A stretch of DNA of 64,000 bases from Rickettsiales bacterium (GCA_965233735.1 OZ247501.1:102531-166530); one strand, 5' to 3'. Positions 50,743 through 59,512 are shown, counted from the first letter of the stretch. Notes: a model not told the origin generated them from the letters alone. Made by a program: numbers and translations.

Positions 50743-51819
50743 TTATTTTGTTTCTATTTCCAAGCCTACAAAAGCATCTGGCCTAATCACTTTTGCTCCT
50801 ATGTATTTTCTAAGATAATTTTGAATAAGTGGTTTTTTGCTATATTGGTCGTGAAGATTATATAGATTTTTATGTTCTACCACTGTATAACCTTTATTCA
50901 AGTTACAGAATATTAATTCGCATGTTTTTCCTGCTAATTCAGGAATAAAGTGAATTGGATAATTCAAAAAGTAATTGTTTATGCTTTGAGAATCTACCCT
51001 TATTAAAGGTCTGTCAGATTTATCAGTCATTTTTAGTAATTCTGCATATACGCTTCTTGTCATAAGAAATACAGCTTCATTATGAAATTCATCTGGAAGC
51101 TTGCTAACCATGCTTACAATATTATCGTAGTTCAATTTGGATTTGATTTTATATGTTGCATCTGTTGGTATTATGCTATCAATATTGTCATTTCCTTCAA
51201 TAAATAATTCTCTTTCTTTTTGAGAAATATCATTTGCTATTTTAGATACTATGAAATCTTGAAAGTTAGCAGGTTTTGTTTGCCATACCCATTCATGAGA
51301 TATGTTTAAACATGATTCCAAAGCATGCAGTTGGATTTTTTTACTATCCATTGTTAATGACCTTGAGTTTTCTTGCTTAAATTCTGTAGAAGCATTAGAT
51401 TCAATAACATTTGCTGGCTCCATTAATAAAAGCTCATATGCACTGCTATTATTCACATGAATTATATTAGATAAATTTCTAATAGGAGAGTGATAGTTAT
51501 TGTCTGCAATAATCATTTTATTTGCATCTGGAATACAAACATACCCTCCATTTTCTTGTGAATGAGTTTCTGAGTTTTTATACTCTAAGCTATCTGTGTT
51601 TCCACTGCAAAGATAGTTTGCTAAATCACTATGCTGTTTCTTTGTGTCATTATTCCATGTTTGAGGAGTTTTCAACTGAGATTCTTGTGAAATTGCTTTT
51701 GTTTCCACTATGTTGTTTATGCTTTTAAACTTCTCATCACTATTAGCTTTATAATCTTGGAAAGATTTTCCTAAAGCATGTAATGCGTGTTGTAATTCCT
51801 CATTGTTAATTTGTGTCAT
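50743..51819 (-). CDS. HK97-fold major capsid protein
   Basis: GGYVCIP, SPIR, KERELFIEG, AVFLM, DKSDRPL, DQYSKKP, RPDAF; follows the prohead protease. Confidence 0.85.
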   Translation of the reverse strand: MTQINNEELQHALHALGKSFQDYKANSDEKFKSINNIVETKAISQESQLKTPQTWNNDTKKQHSDLANYLCSGNTDSLEYKNSETHSQENGGYVCIPDANKMIIADNNYHSPIRNLSNIIHVNNSSAYELLLMEPANVIESNASTEFKQENSRSLTMDSKKIQLHALESCLNISHEWVWQTKPANFQDFIVSKIANDISQKERELFIEGNDNIDSIIPTDATYKIKSKLNYDNIVSMVSKLPDEFHNEAVFLMTRSVYAELLKMTDKSDRPLIRVDSQSINNYFLNYPIHFIPELAGKTCELIFCNLNKGYTVVEHKNLYNLHDQYSKKPLIQNYLRKYIGAKVIRPDAFVGLEIETK

Positions 51820-51875
51820 TGTTTTCCTTTCGACGTTAACTAAAACTAAATGTTTAACAAAAAATTTATGAATAA

Positions 51876-52313
51876 TTATTTAAAACAAGCTTGCAGGTTT
51901 GCTGGGTTTTTCACTATAGAAATTTCATGCAAATCTGCTTGAAAGATAATTCGTTTACCTTTTTGCTTGTGTGTGATTATAGGTATGAAACCTATAGAAA
52001 GTCCATTAATAAAATTATTTTTAATCATTTGTATTATTTTATTTCCCATATGTAGTGTTGTGAGAATTTTCCCTTTGACATATAGTCCAAAATTATTTTC
52101 CTTAATTTCAACCCAATGTCCTATTGGCTTGCTAATATCATGTTGAAATAACATGTGTATATCATTATTTTTTTTTGTATTTAATGAATATTTAAAGCTG
52201 CCTTTTTTTATCAAATCATTATGCAAGTCAATTACATTAAAAACGCTTGCATACCCTTCAAATATATTTTCTTCATTTATGCTTTTGATTTCTAAATTTA
52301 AGTATTTAATCAT
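51876..52313 (-). CDS. HK97 family prohead protease
   Basis: FEGYASVF, MLFQH, GLYVKG, GLSIGF, EISIV..PAN. Confidence 0.92.
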   Translation of the reverse strand: MIKYLNLEIKSINEENIFEGYASVFNVIDLHNDLIKKGSFKYSLNTKKNNDIHMLFQHDISKPIGHWVEIKENNFGLYVKGKILTTLHMGNKIIQMIKNNFINGLSIGFIPIITHKQKGKRIIFQADLHEISIVKNPANLQACFK

Positions 52314-52744
52314 GAATTATCGCCTGTATAATTCAAAAATGGCATTATATTCCAAGATTTATTCCTATTACAGTATTTTAAATTATCTTCATAGCAAAGT
52401 ATATTGTTATTATTCAATTCATTCTTGCTGGAATCAGATTGAGCTTGGTCTTCACTATTAATTATTTTTACTTCTTTTCCATTATTGTACAATTCAGTTA
52501 ATAATAACGCACATGTTCTTTTTGTTGAATGATTAGTTATTATTAAATTCTTGTCTTTATATTCAAATGAGTATTTCAAAGCGCTACCAGATTCATTTTT
52601 ATCTAAAGTATTATCATATGTATAATTATTTATTTTGGTGCTTAATTTTTCTATTTCGCTTTCTATGTTTACCCAATTATCATCCATTTGATCTTTTGTT
52701 AATGGGCCATTATTGCGACTAAAAGTATTTAAACGTATATTCAT
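52310..52744 (-). CDS. Hypothetical protein with fibre/spike-like N-terminal motif
   Basis: GPLTKDQMDDNW followed by a coiled coil; ATGA overlaps on both sides. Confidence 0.55.
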   Translation of the reverse strand: MNIRLNTFSRNNGPLTKDQMDDNWVNIESEIEKLSTKINNYTYDNTLDKNESGSALKYSFEYKDKNLIITNHSTKRTCALLLTELYNNGKEVKIINSEDQAQSDSSKNELNNNNILCYEDNLKYCNRNKSWNIMPFLNYTGDNS

Positions 52745-53823
52745 ATTTCTTCCTGTTTTGTGTATCCAAACAATTGACGTTTTTCATTTCTTGTTAAGAA
52801 AGATAAACTATCAATGTGTGATTTATATTCTTCTTTTTTAGAAGATAAAGCTGGTATATTGCTGAAATCATATTCTAATTTTAGATTTTCTTCTTTAATT
52901 AACCAATTCTGAAAATTATTCAAAATAAGATTTGCTATAGGTAAAAGTGTGTCTTCCCAAAAGTGTAATCTTGCTTCTTTGTAATGATTAAAAGATGAAT
53001 CTTGAATTCCTAACATTACTGGAGGGACTCCAAATGCTAATGCTATTTCTTTGGCTGCTATCATTTTTCCATCATTGAAATCCATATCTTTTGGATTAAT
53101 ACTCATTTCTTTCCAGTGTAATCCACCTTCTAATATAAGCATTTTTCCAGTTTGCTTTGTTCCTGTATATTTGTTTTTAAATTGATGTTCTAATGATTCG
53201 CGCTGTTCTTGTGTTAATTTTTCATCTGAAATCAATGCTCCAGATAACCTTCCACCATTGTTTAATATAGATTGATTATGTTCTGTAATAGTGTCATACA
53301 ATACAGCTGATTTTGTAATAGTGCTAACAGGGCTTAATCCTTTCCATGGTGCGTAAGGATTGAAAAACTTAATATGTAACAGTTGATTATCTTTAGCATA
53401 ATATGATTTGTTATCAAGATCATACCTATATGGGTTTCCATTGTTATCATGTATTATTTCCAATTTAGTTGAATTTAATTTAATAATTTTTTCATTGTTT
53501 TTAAATAAAAAAACATTTCCATATATTAATAAATCAGTTACCAATGAATCACAAAATTCAAACCAATTATTATGTTCATTTGGCTGTTTGACTAATTTAG
53601 ATATCTTTTCATATGACGTTTCATCTTCACCTTTTATAATCAAAGGTATATTAGATATATTTCTAGAAATCAAATTAATGCAACGATATACAATAACATT
53701 GTTTTTGTATAAATTTGATGAACAATGATGATCAATAATGACTTCGTTTAAATTTGTGATATATTTTTGATTTTTATTTTGATTTGTAAAAAACTTTTTA
53801 CATAAATTAATTAATAAATTCAT
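52741..53823 (-). CDS. HK97 family portal protein
   Basis: VYRCI, QPN, YGN, GLSP, NGGRLSG, LEGG, IALAFGVPP, FWEDT, LTRNEKR. Confidence 0.93.
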   Translation of the reverse strand: MNLLINLCKKFFTNQNKNQKYITNLNEVIIDHHCSSNLYKNNVIVYRCINLISRNISNIPLIIKGEDETSYEKISKLVKQPNEHNNWFEFCDSLVTDLLIYGNVFLFKNNEKIIKLNSTKLEIIHDNNGNPYRYDLDNKSYYAKDNQLLHIKFFNPYAPWKGLSPVSTITKSAVLYDTITEHNQSILNNGGRLSGALISDEKLTQEQRESLEHQFKNKYTGTKQTGKMLILEGGLHWKEMSINPKDMDFNDGKMIAAKEIALAFGVPPVMLGIQDSSFNHYKEARLHFWEDTLLPIANLILNNFQNWLIKEENLKLEYDFSNIPALSSKKEEYKSHIDSLSFLTRNEKRQLFGYTKQEEI

Positions 53824-53906
53824 TTATAATTTTCCATTTAGATTGTCCTTTTAATTTTTTTGGGGGTAGGAGTAAAATGCATCCTACACTTTTGTTGTAC
53901 TAAATT

Positions 53907-53934
53907 GGAGGGTTGGATTTCAACCTTTTTTTTT
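53907..53934 (+). terminator. Intrinsic terminator-like hairpin with T9 on the plus strand
   Basis: GGTTG-GATTT-CAACC followed by nine T. A second hairpin GTAGGA..TCCTAC lies at 53866-53887. Confidence 0.5.
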
Positions 53935-53939
53935 AATGC

Positions 53940-54629
53940 TTACTCTTCTTCTAATTTTTGAGCTTGATTAATTGTGTGAATGTCATGCATGCTTTTTCTA
54001 TATTTTGGGTATTCAGTATTAAAGAAATTCAAGGTTTTTAAGGACTTTTGCTTTTGCTTTAAATTAAGCAAACATTCTAAAATATTAATTATGCTTCTAG
54101 GCATTTTATCAATATGAGATTTATGCATTTTATGAGATTTATTCATCATCATAGATTTGTAAAATTGTCCAAAATGAAGAATCGCTTCATTAAATTGCTT
54201 TGATTTTAACTTAATAATTCCCATCCAATAATAATTGCTAAATGGATCATAATCTTGTTTTGTAGATAAGTCAGAGAATTTTTTATATGATTGTTCTAGT
54301 TTTCCTTGCGATAATAGCTTTATAGCTTTTTTTCTTTTAAATTCAAATTCGCTTATGTCTATCTTATTAGTAGAATTAATTAATGGAATATATCCTATTA
54401 TACTTTCTAAATATAGATTTTGCCCACTTTTGTCTTGAATAGACTGTTGATCTAATTTATTTATTCTAAGCTCTATTTCATCAATCATATTGGTAAATTT
54501 TTGAGCTTCTTTATGTAAAATCATGTTTTTTTCTTGAAAACTCTTAATATATTCTTTGATGGTTTTGAAACAATATGGATCTACTTTGCTGTGAGTGTGT
54601 GAAAATAATAAAAATAATATAAAAAACAT
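53940..54629 (-). CDS. CpoB/YbgF-like periplasmic TPR protein
   Basis: Signal peptide, coiled coil, YYWMG TPR, EYP. Confidence 0.65.
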   Translation of the reverse strand: MFFILFLLFSHTHSKVDPYCFKTIKEYIKSFQEKNMILHKEAQKFTNMIDEIELRINKLDQQSIQDKSGQNLYLESIIGYIPLINSTNKIDISEFEFKRKKAIKLLSQGKLEQSYKKFSDLSTKQDYDPFSNYYWMGIIKLKSKQFNEAILHFGQFYKSMMMNKSHKMHKSHIDKMPRSIINILECLLNLKQKQKSLKTLNFFNTEYPKYRKSMHDIHTINQAQKLEEE

Positions 54630-54734
54630 AATTTAATTATAAACAAAAAACATATTAAATAAATGTGAATTTCATGATCATTTGTACATTGAAAAAAGTA
54701 TTAATTTGGGCTATTGTATTGTATTAGGAATCTG

Positions 54735-56186
54735 ATGAAAAAATACCTTTTTATAGCCAATATATTTCTTTTTGTTTTGTTAATATTTTCATTTCATAGG
54801 AAATATAGTACAAACAATACTCAAATAATAAAAGAACAAACTGTAGAACAGAAAGGCTATTTAAATATACAAAATGATAAACTTGAAGGAAAATTTGTTA
54901 TAAGAGACAATTCTTTTTCAAATTTGTTTGTTAAAAATAATAACAAAAAAGACCCTTTGATATCTAAAGATGTTTATCTGCAAACTAAGTGGTCATCTTC
55001 AGATATTAATGTTCCAAATGATATTAATTGGGAAAACAATCTAAATTCTTTATCAAAAGAAAAACCTCTAATTTTGAGATGGAAAAATAAAGAAGGGTCT
55101 ATATTTATACAAAGTTTTCAAATTATTGATGAGCATATGTTGAAAGTTGAATATTCCGTTTTTAATGCAAATGATAAAAAAGTTAACATTTCTCTAAACA
55201 TGAATGGGGCATCTAAGGGAGCTAATGCTGTTTATAATTCTGGCAAAAATGTCATTCATACTACTAAGTCATTTGATCATCAAAAATCATCTTGGTGTGG
55301 TGTTGATAGCAATTACTTTGGTTTGTTTGTTATTCCTGAAAAGAGTATAAATTTTTCTAAATCATCAACAAATTATAATATGGACCTTGGAAAAAAATCT
55401 CTTAATTCTAAGGAATCTGCATCTTGGAATTTTTATGTTTTCATGGGGCCGAAGAGTTTGAATTTATTAGAAAAATATGCTCAAAAATATAATATTGATA
55501 ACTTTGGAGATGCTATTCATTATGGAAGGTTATATTATATTACTAAGCCATTATTTAAAATACTATCATTGTTGAATGGTATTTTTGGCAATTTTATTAT
55601 CTCATTATTTTGCTTAACTTTACTTGTTAAAGTATTCATGATGCCATTTGCTTACAAATCACATGTTTCTATGATTAAAATGCAAAATTTGCAGCCTCAA
55701 ATAGATAGAATTAAAGAAATGCATGGAAGTAATAATATGGCTGCTCATCAGGCTATTTTATCTTTATATAAAAAAGAGTCTATCAACCCATTAAGTGGTG
55801 GGTTATCTTTGATTTTTCAGCTACCAATTTTAATTCCTTTATATAATATTATTTCAATGAATGTATCTGCAAAATATTCTAATTTCTTGTGGTTAAGTGA
55901 TTTATCAATGCCAGATTCTTATTCTTTAAGCAATTTATTTGGCTTGTTGTCATTTAATATATTGCCATTCAATATCACTATTTTATCAATGATTTTTGTT
56001 TTGACAATTTTAGTACAACAATGGAAAATGATGAAAATGCAAAAAGATAAATTTGTTTTTGCATTGCCATTTGTTATGATGGTTTTATTGTCTAGTACAT
56101 CTTCTGCATTTATGTTGTATATGATATGGAGCAATGTTCTTTCATGGATACAGTCTCTCGTTTTTAATCGCATTATACGCAAATGA
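54735..56186 (+). CDS. yidC: Membrane protein insertase YidC
   Basis: FMGPK, IHYG..ITKP, GNF, LQPQI, LYKKESINPLSG, FLWLSDLSMPD, YMIWSN. Confidence 0.93.
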   Translation: MKKYLFIANIFLFVLLIFSFHRKYSTNNTQIIKEQTVEQKGYLNIQNDKLEGKFVIRDNSFSNLFVKNNNKKDPLISKDVYLQTKWSSSDINVPNDINWENNLNSLSKEKPLILRWKNKEGSIFIQSFQIIDEHMLKVEYSVFNANDKKVNISLNMNGASKGANAVYNSGKNVIHTTKSFDHQKSSWCGVDSNYFGLFVIPEKSINFSKSSTNYNMDLGKKSLNSKESASWNFYVFMGPKSLNLLEKYAQKYNIDNFGDAIHYGRLYYITKPLFKILSLLNGIFGNFIISLFCLTLLVKVFMMPFAYKSHVSMIKMQNLQPQIDRIKEMHGSNNMAAHQAILSLYKKESINPLSGGLSLIFQLPILIPLYNIISMNVSAKYSNFLWLSDLSMPDSYSLSNLFGLLSFNILPFNITILSMIFVLTILVQQWKMMKMQKDKFVFALPFVMMVLLSSTSSAFMLYMIWSNVLSWIQSLVFNRIIRK

Positions 56187-56559
56187 TATTATTTTATGCA
56201 ATTTGTGCTTTATCAATAATATATGATTTATTATTTTTTGAAATTCCATTAATATTTGTTTTTTTTTATCAATTTATTGCAAATTCAAAACATACTCTTT
56301 TATAATGATTGGAATAATATTATTTTTAATATATCTTTTTTCAATTTTTAGCAAAAAAACATATATGCAGCTAGGAGATTATATTGTAATGATTTTAGTT
56401 GGATCTCATATTAAATTCAATTTCATACCATTGTTATTAATTTATATTTCCATATTTCATATATTATTAGGATTAGTATATATTGCTTATTTTAAGAAAA
56501 ATAAAATACCTATGATTCCTAGTATTTTAATTAGTTGGATTATTTTATATAATTTTTAG
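56183..56559 (+). CDS. Minimal prepilin peptidase (A24)-like protein, frameshifted in a T9 tract
   Basis: ATG 56183 (ATGA overlap with yidC) gives SIIYDLLFFEIP. Adding one T at 56259-56267 joins it to MQLGD..KIPMIPSI, giving 125 aa. Confidence 0.6.
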
Positions 56560-56560
56560 T

Positions 56561-57079
56561 ATGAAATGTCCTTATATAACAAAAACAGGAGATAAGGGAA
56601 AAACTTCTATTATGAATAGCAGAGTTAATAAAAATTCATCTATTATAAAGTTTTTAGGAGCATTAGATGAAGTTAATTCTTATTTTGGATTAATTATTAA
56701 TTATGCTCCTGAAGAATTGACAAAAACTTTTCTTAATATTCAAAACCAATTATTAAATATTGGAGGATTTATTAGTGGTGGAAATATAGAAATCACTACT
56801 GAATACCATGAATGGATAGAAAAAAACACTGATATATTTTTCTCAAACCTTACTAATGCTAATAATTTTGTTCTGCCTGGTGGTTCAATACTATCTAGTC
56901 ACTTACATATTGTTAGATGTATTATAAGGAGATCTGAAACTTTGCTATGGGAAATTGAAAATAACAATGAAAACATAGCAAAGTATATTAATAGATTGTC
57001 TGATTTTGTTTTTGTATTAGGCAGGCTTTATAGTGGTGACAAAGAACATTTATGGAAAGTTGGAAAAATAACATTATGA
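56561..57079 (+). CDS. ATP:cob(I)alamin adenosyltransferase, PduO type
   Basis: TKTGDKGKT, GALDEVNS, FVLPGG, RRSE, YINRLSD. Confidence 0.92.
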   Translation: MKCPYITKTGDKGKTSIMNSRVNKNSSIIKFLGALDEVNSYFGLIINYAPEELTKTFLNIQNQLLNIGGFISGGNIEITTEYHEWIEKNTDIFFSNLTNANNFVLPGGSILSSHLHIVRCIIRRSETLLWEIENNNENIAKYINRLSDFVFVLGRLYSGDKEHLWKVGKITL

Positions 57080-57444
57080 ATAATAAAAATATAACATTTG
57101 AAGAAATTATAACAGAATTAGAAAATATATCTTTGCAATTAGAGAAAGGATCTATGCCTTTGAATAAAGCTGTGCAGAGCTATACAAAAGGTATAGAGCT
57201 TAAAAGCATTGCAGATAAGCAATTAAAAGATGCATATTTACAATTACAATCTGTACAAGAAAATAAAGAAATTTCAAAATTTAGAGAACAAACAGGTTTG
57301 TTGTTTAGCAATTTAAAAAATATGGTAATTAAAAGCCTTGATAATGATGGTGAAAAAATTGACATTGACAGTATATTGGATATGTTCAAAGAGGATTTCA
57401 AAAATTTATATATTGAATGCTCTAATAATTCAATAAGCAAATAA
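57076..57444 (+). CDS. xseB: Exodeoxyribonuclease VII small subunit with C-terminal extension
   Basis: TFEE...LE.I...LE.G.MPL..AV..Y.KG. Confidence 0.8.
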   Translation: MNNKNITFEEIITELENISLQLEKGSMPLNKAVQSYTKGIELKSIADKQLKDAYLQLQSVQENKEISKFREQTGLLFSNLKNMVIKSLDNDGEKIDIDSILDMFKEDFKNLYIECSNNSISK

Positions 57445-57494
57445 AGTAAGCGCAAACTCTGTTATGAGAGAATAAGATATGATATTAATTATAT

Positions 57495-58121
57495 GTGTTT
57501 AATCTTAGTCAGGATGGCATTAAAGTTGCAAAAATAATTGTAGCAGGATTAATGTTAAGTTTTGTGTTAGGTAATTTTATTGCGTTTTTAGCAATTGGTG
57601 TAATACTTTTATTTAGAGATGAAAAAAGAGTTATTACTAATTACAATGCAGTGTTATCTCCATGTGATGGAATAATTTTATCAATTGATAAAAATGTAGA
57701 GTTTAATTTATCTGATAAATATAAAGAGCAAAAATGGAATAAGATTACTATTTTGAATGGAATTTTAGATATTCATGTAAGCAGAATGCCTATTTCTGGA
57801 GAAATAGATGAAGTTGTATTTTCTCCTGGAGATTCTAGAGATAATTATATATATAAGCAAAATGAGAAGATTTCCATTTTAGTTTCTGGTAAAATAAAGT
57901 GTATTCTTTCTCATTCTGTGGATAGTGTTTTTCATTTTGTTTCTTGCAAAGTGAAGAAAAGTGATCAAGTGGAAATAGGTTCTACATATGCTAATAATAC
58001 ATTAGGAGCAACTGTTGAAATTTATCTTCCAATTAATGTTGAAATTTGTGTGAATGAAGGTCAAAAAATGATTGCAAGTGAGACTTTGCTTACAAAAGAA
58101 ATGAAGCAGGCAATAAAATGA
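57495..58121 (+). CDS. Phosphatidylserine decarboxylase-like paralog lacking the pyruvoyl Ser
   Basis: FRD, SPCDG, DIHVSRMPISG, but LGAT in place of FGSR. Confidence 0.75.
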   Translation: MFNLSQDGIKVAKIIVAGLMLSFVLGNFIAFLAIGVILLFRDEKRVITNYNAVLSPCDGIILSIDKNVEFNLSDKYKEQKWNKITILNGILDIHVSRMPISGEIDEVVFSPGDSRDNYIYKQNEKISILVSGKIKCILSHSVDSVFHFVSCKVKKSDQVEIGSTYANNTLGATVEIYLPINVEICVNEGQKMIASETLLTKEMKQAIK

Positions 58122-58774
58122 TTAAAAGAAAATTTATGGATAAAGTGAGATCTGATGGTTATAGTACTATTTTGGTATCTTTTGCTTTAACAATTGCATT
58201 TTTTTATTACAGTTATTATATGGGCTTATTTGGAATTAGTATTACAGCGTTTTGTATATGGTTTTTTAGAGATCCAGACAGAGTTATTCCTAAAATTGAA
58301 AATATTATTGTTAGTCCTGCAGATGGAATTGTTGTTGATATAGAACATGGAGTTGAATCTCCAGACTTTAATGATGGGAAAAAATGGACTAGAATTGGAA
58401 TTTTTCTAAGATTATCTGATGTTCATGTAAATAGATTTCCTATTAGTGGAGAAATTATAGAAAAAAAATATGAAGAAGGTAAATTTGGATTTGCATGGGG
58501 AAAACAAACTCATATGAAAAATGAAAGATTAGCAATATTCATTAAAGGATTTGTAGAGTGTATAGTTGTTCAAATTGCTGGTTTTATCGCTAGAAGAATA
58601 GTAACTGATATTGAGGGTAATAATGAAGCAATAATTGGAAAAACCTATGGAATGATAAAATTTGGAAGCAGAATGGATACTTATTTTCCAGAAGGAATGA
58701 TTATTAATATTAAAAAAAGACAAACTGTTGTAGCTGGAGAAACAATTTTAGCTAGTAAATCTGAGTTAGATTAA
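58118..58774 (+). CDS. psd: Phosphatidylserine decarboxylase proenzyme
   Basis: FFRDP, SPADG, DVHVNR, QIAGFIARRI, IKFGSR. Confidence 0.95.
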   Translation: MIKRKFMDKVRSDGYSTILVSFALTIAFFYYSYYMGLFGISITAFCIWFFRDPDRVIPKIENIIVSPADGIVVDIEHGVESPDFNDGKKWTRIGIFLRLSDVHVNRFPISGEIIEKKYEEGKFGFAWGKQTHMKNERLAIFIKGFVECIVVQIAGFIARRIVTDIEGNNEAIIGKTYGMIKFGSRMDTYFPEGMIINIKKRQTVVAGETILASKSELD

Positions 58775-59512
58775 ATGAAAAATAATTTAATGAAAAATAA
58801 TAAGAAAATGAAGAATTTTTTCAAAGATAGGGTTTTTTTAATTCCAAGCTTCATTACATCTATATCTATTTGTTTGGGTATGCATGCAATTTATATATTA
58901 AACCAAGGAATAGAGTATTCTATTTTATGTATTTGTGCTGCTGCTTTTATTGATGGTATTGATGGACGAGTTGCTCGTTATTTAAATAGCGCTTCAGAAT
59001 TTGGAAAAACTATTGATTCTTTAGCTGATTTTTTAAGTTTTTCTATATCCCCTGCCCTTATATTATATTTTTATAAATTAAGCACTTGGATTAGTTTTGG
59101 ATGGTCATGTTGTATATTTTTTGTTTTATGCATGGCTTTCAGATTAGCAAGATTTTCTACATCAAAAGAAAATGTAGAAACATTTACAGGTATTCCAGCT
59201 CCTGCAGCAGGATTGTTAGTATTTTTTCCTGTGATTGTAGAAAAAATTTTAAACATTAGTTTTCACCCTTCTGTTTTTGCCCTGTGGATATTATTGGTTG
59301 CATTTGGAATGATAGGTAAATTCAGGACAATTGCTATAAATAGAATAAAAATAAATAAACGCACTAACCATATTGTTTTTGGTATATGTGCTTTTATTAT
59401 TGTAATGGCTATAACCTACTTGTGGTTAACAGCATTTATTATAGGATTGATTTATTGCGCATATATACTGCATGCAGTTAGCAAATACCAAAAATTCGAT
59501 TCAGAAATTTAA
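58775..59512 (+). CDS. pssA: CDP-diacylglycerol-serine O-phosphatidyltransferase
   Basis: DGIDGRVAR..S.FG..DSLAD, RLARF, FTGIP. Confidence 0.93.
   Translation: MKNNLMKNNKKMKNFFKDRVFLIPSFITSISICLGMHAIYILNQGIEYSILCICAAAFIDGIDGRVARYLNSASEFGKTIDSLADFLSFSISPALILYFYKLSTWISFGWSCCIFFVLCMAFRLARFSTSKENVETFTGIPAPAAGLLVFFPVIVEKILNISFHPSVFALWILLVAFGMIGKFRTIAINRIKINKRTNHIVFGICAFIIVMAITYLWLTAFIIGLIYCAYILHAVSKYQKFDSEI

Larger units (their letters stand above)
47005..53823 (-). mobile_element. Gene transfer agent-like (domesticated phage) operon
   Basis: Eleven co-oriented, mostly overlapping genes in RcGTA-like order. No integrase, replication genes or att repeats seen. Flanked by housekeeping genes. Confidence 0.8.

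Noticed and set aside
51836-51870. CtrA-box-like TTAA-N7-TTTA upstream of the capsid gene
   Set aside because: Imperfect and expected by chance at this AT content.
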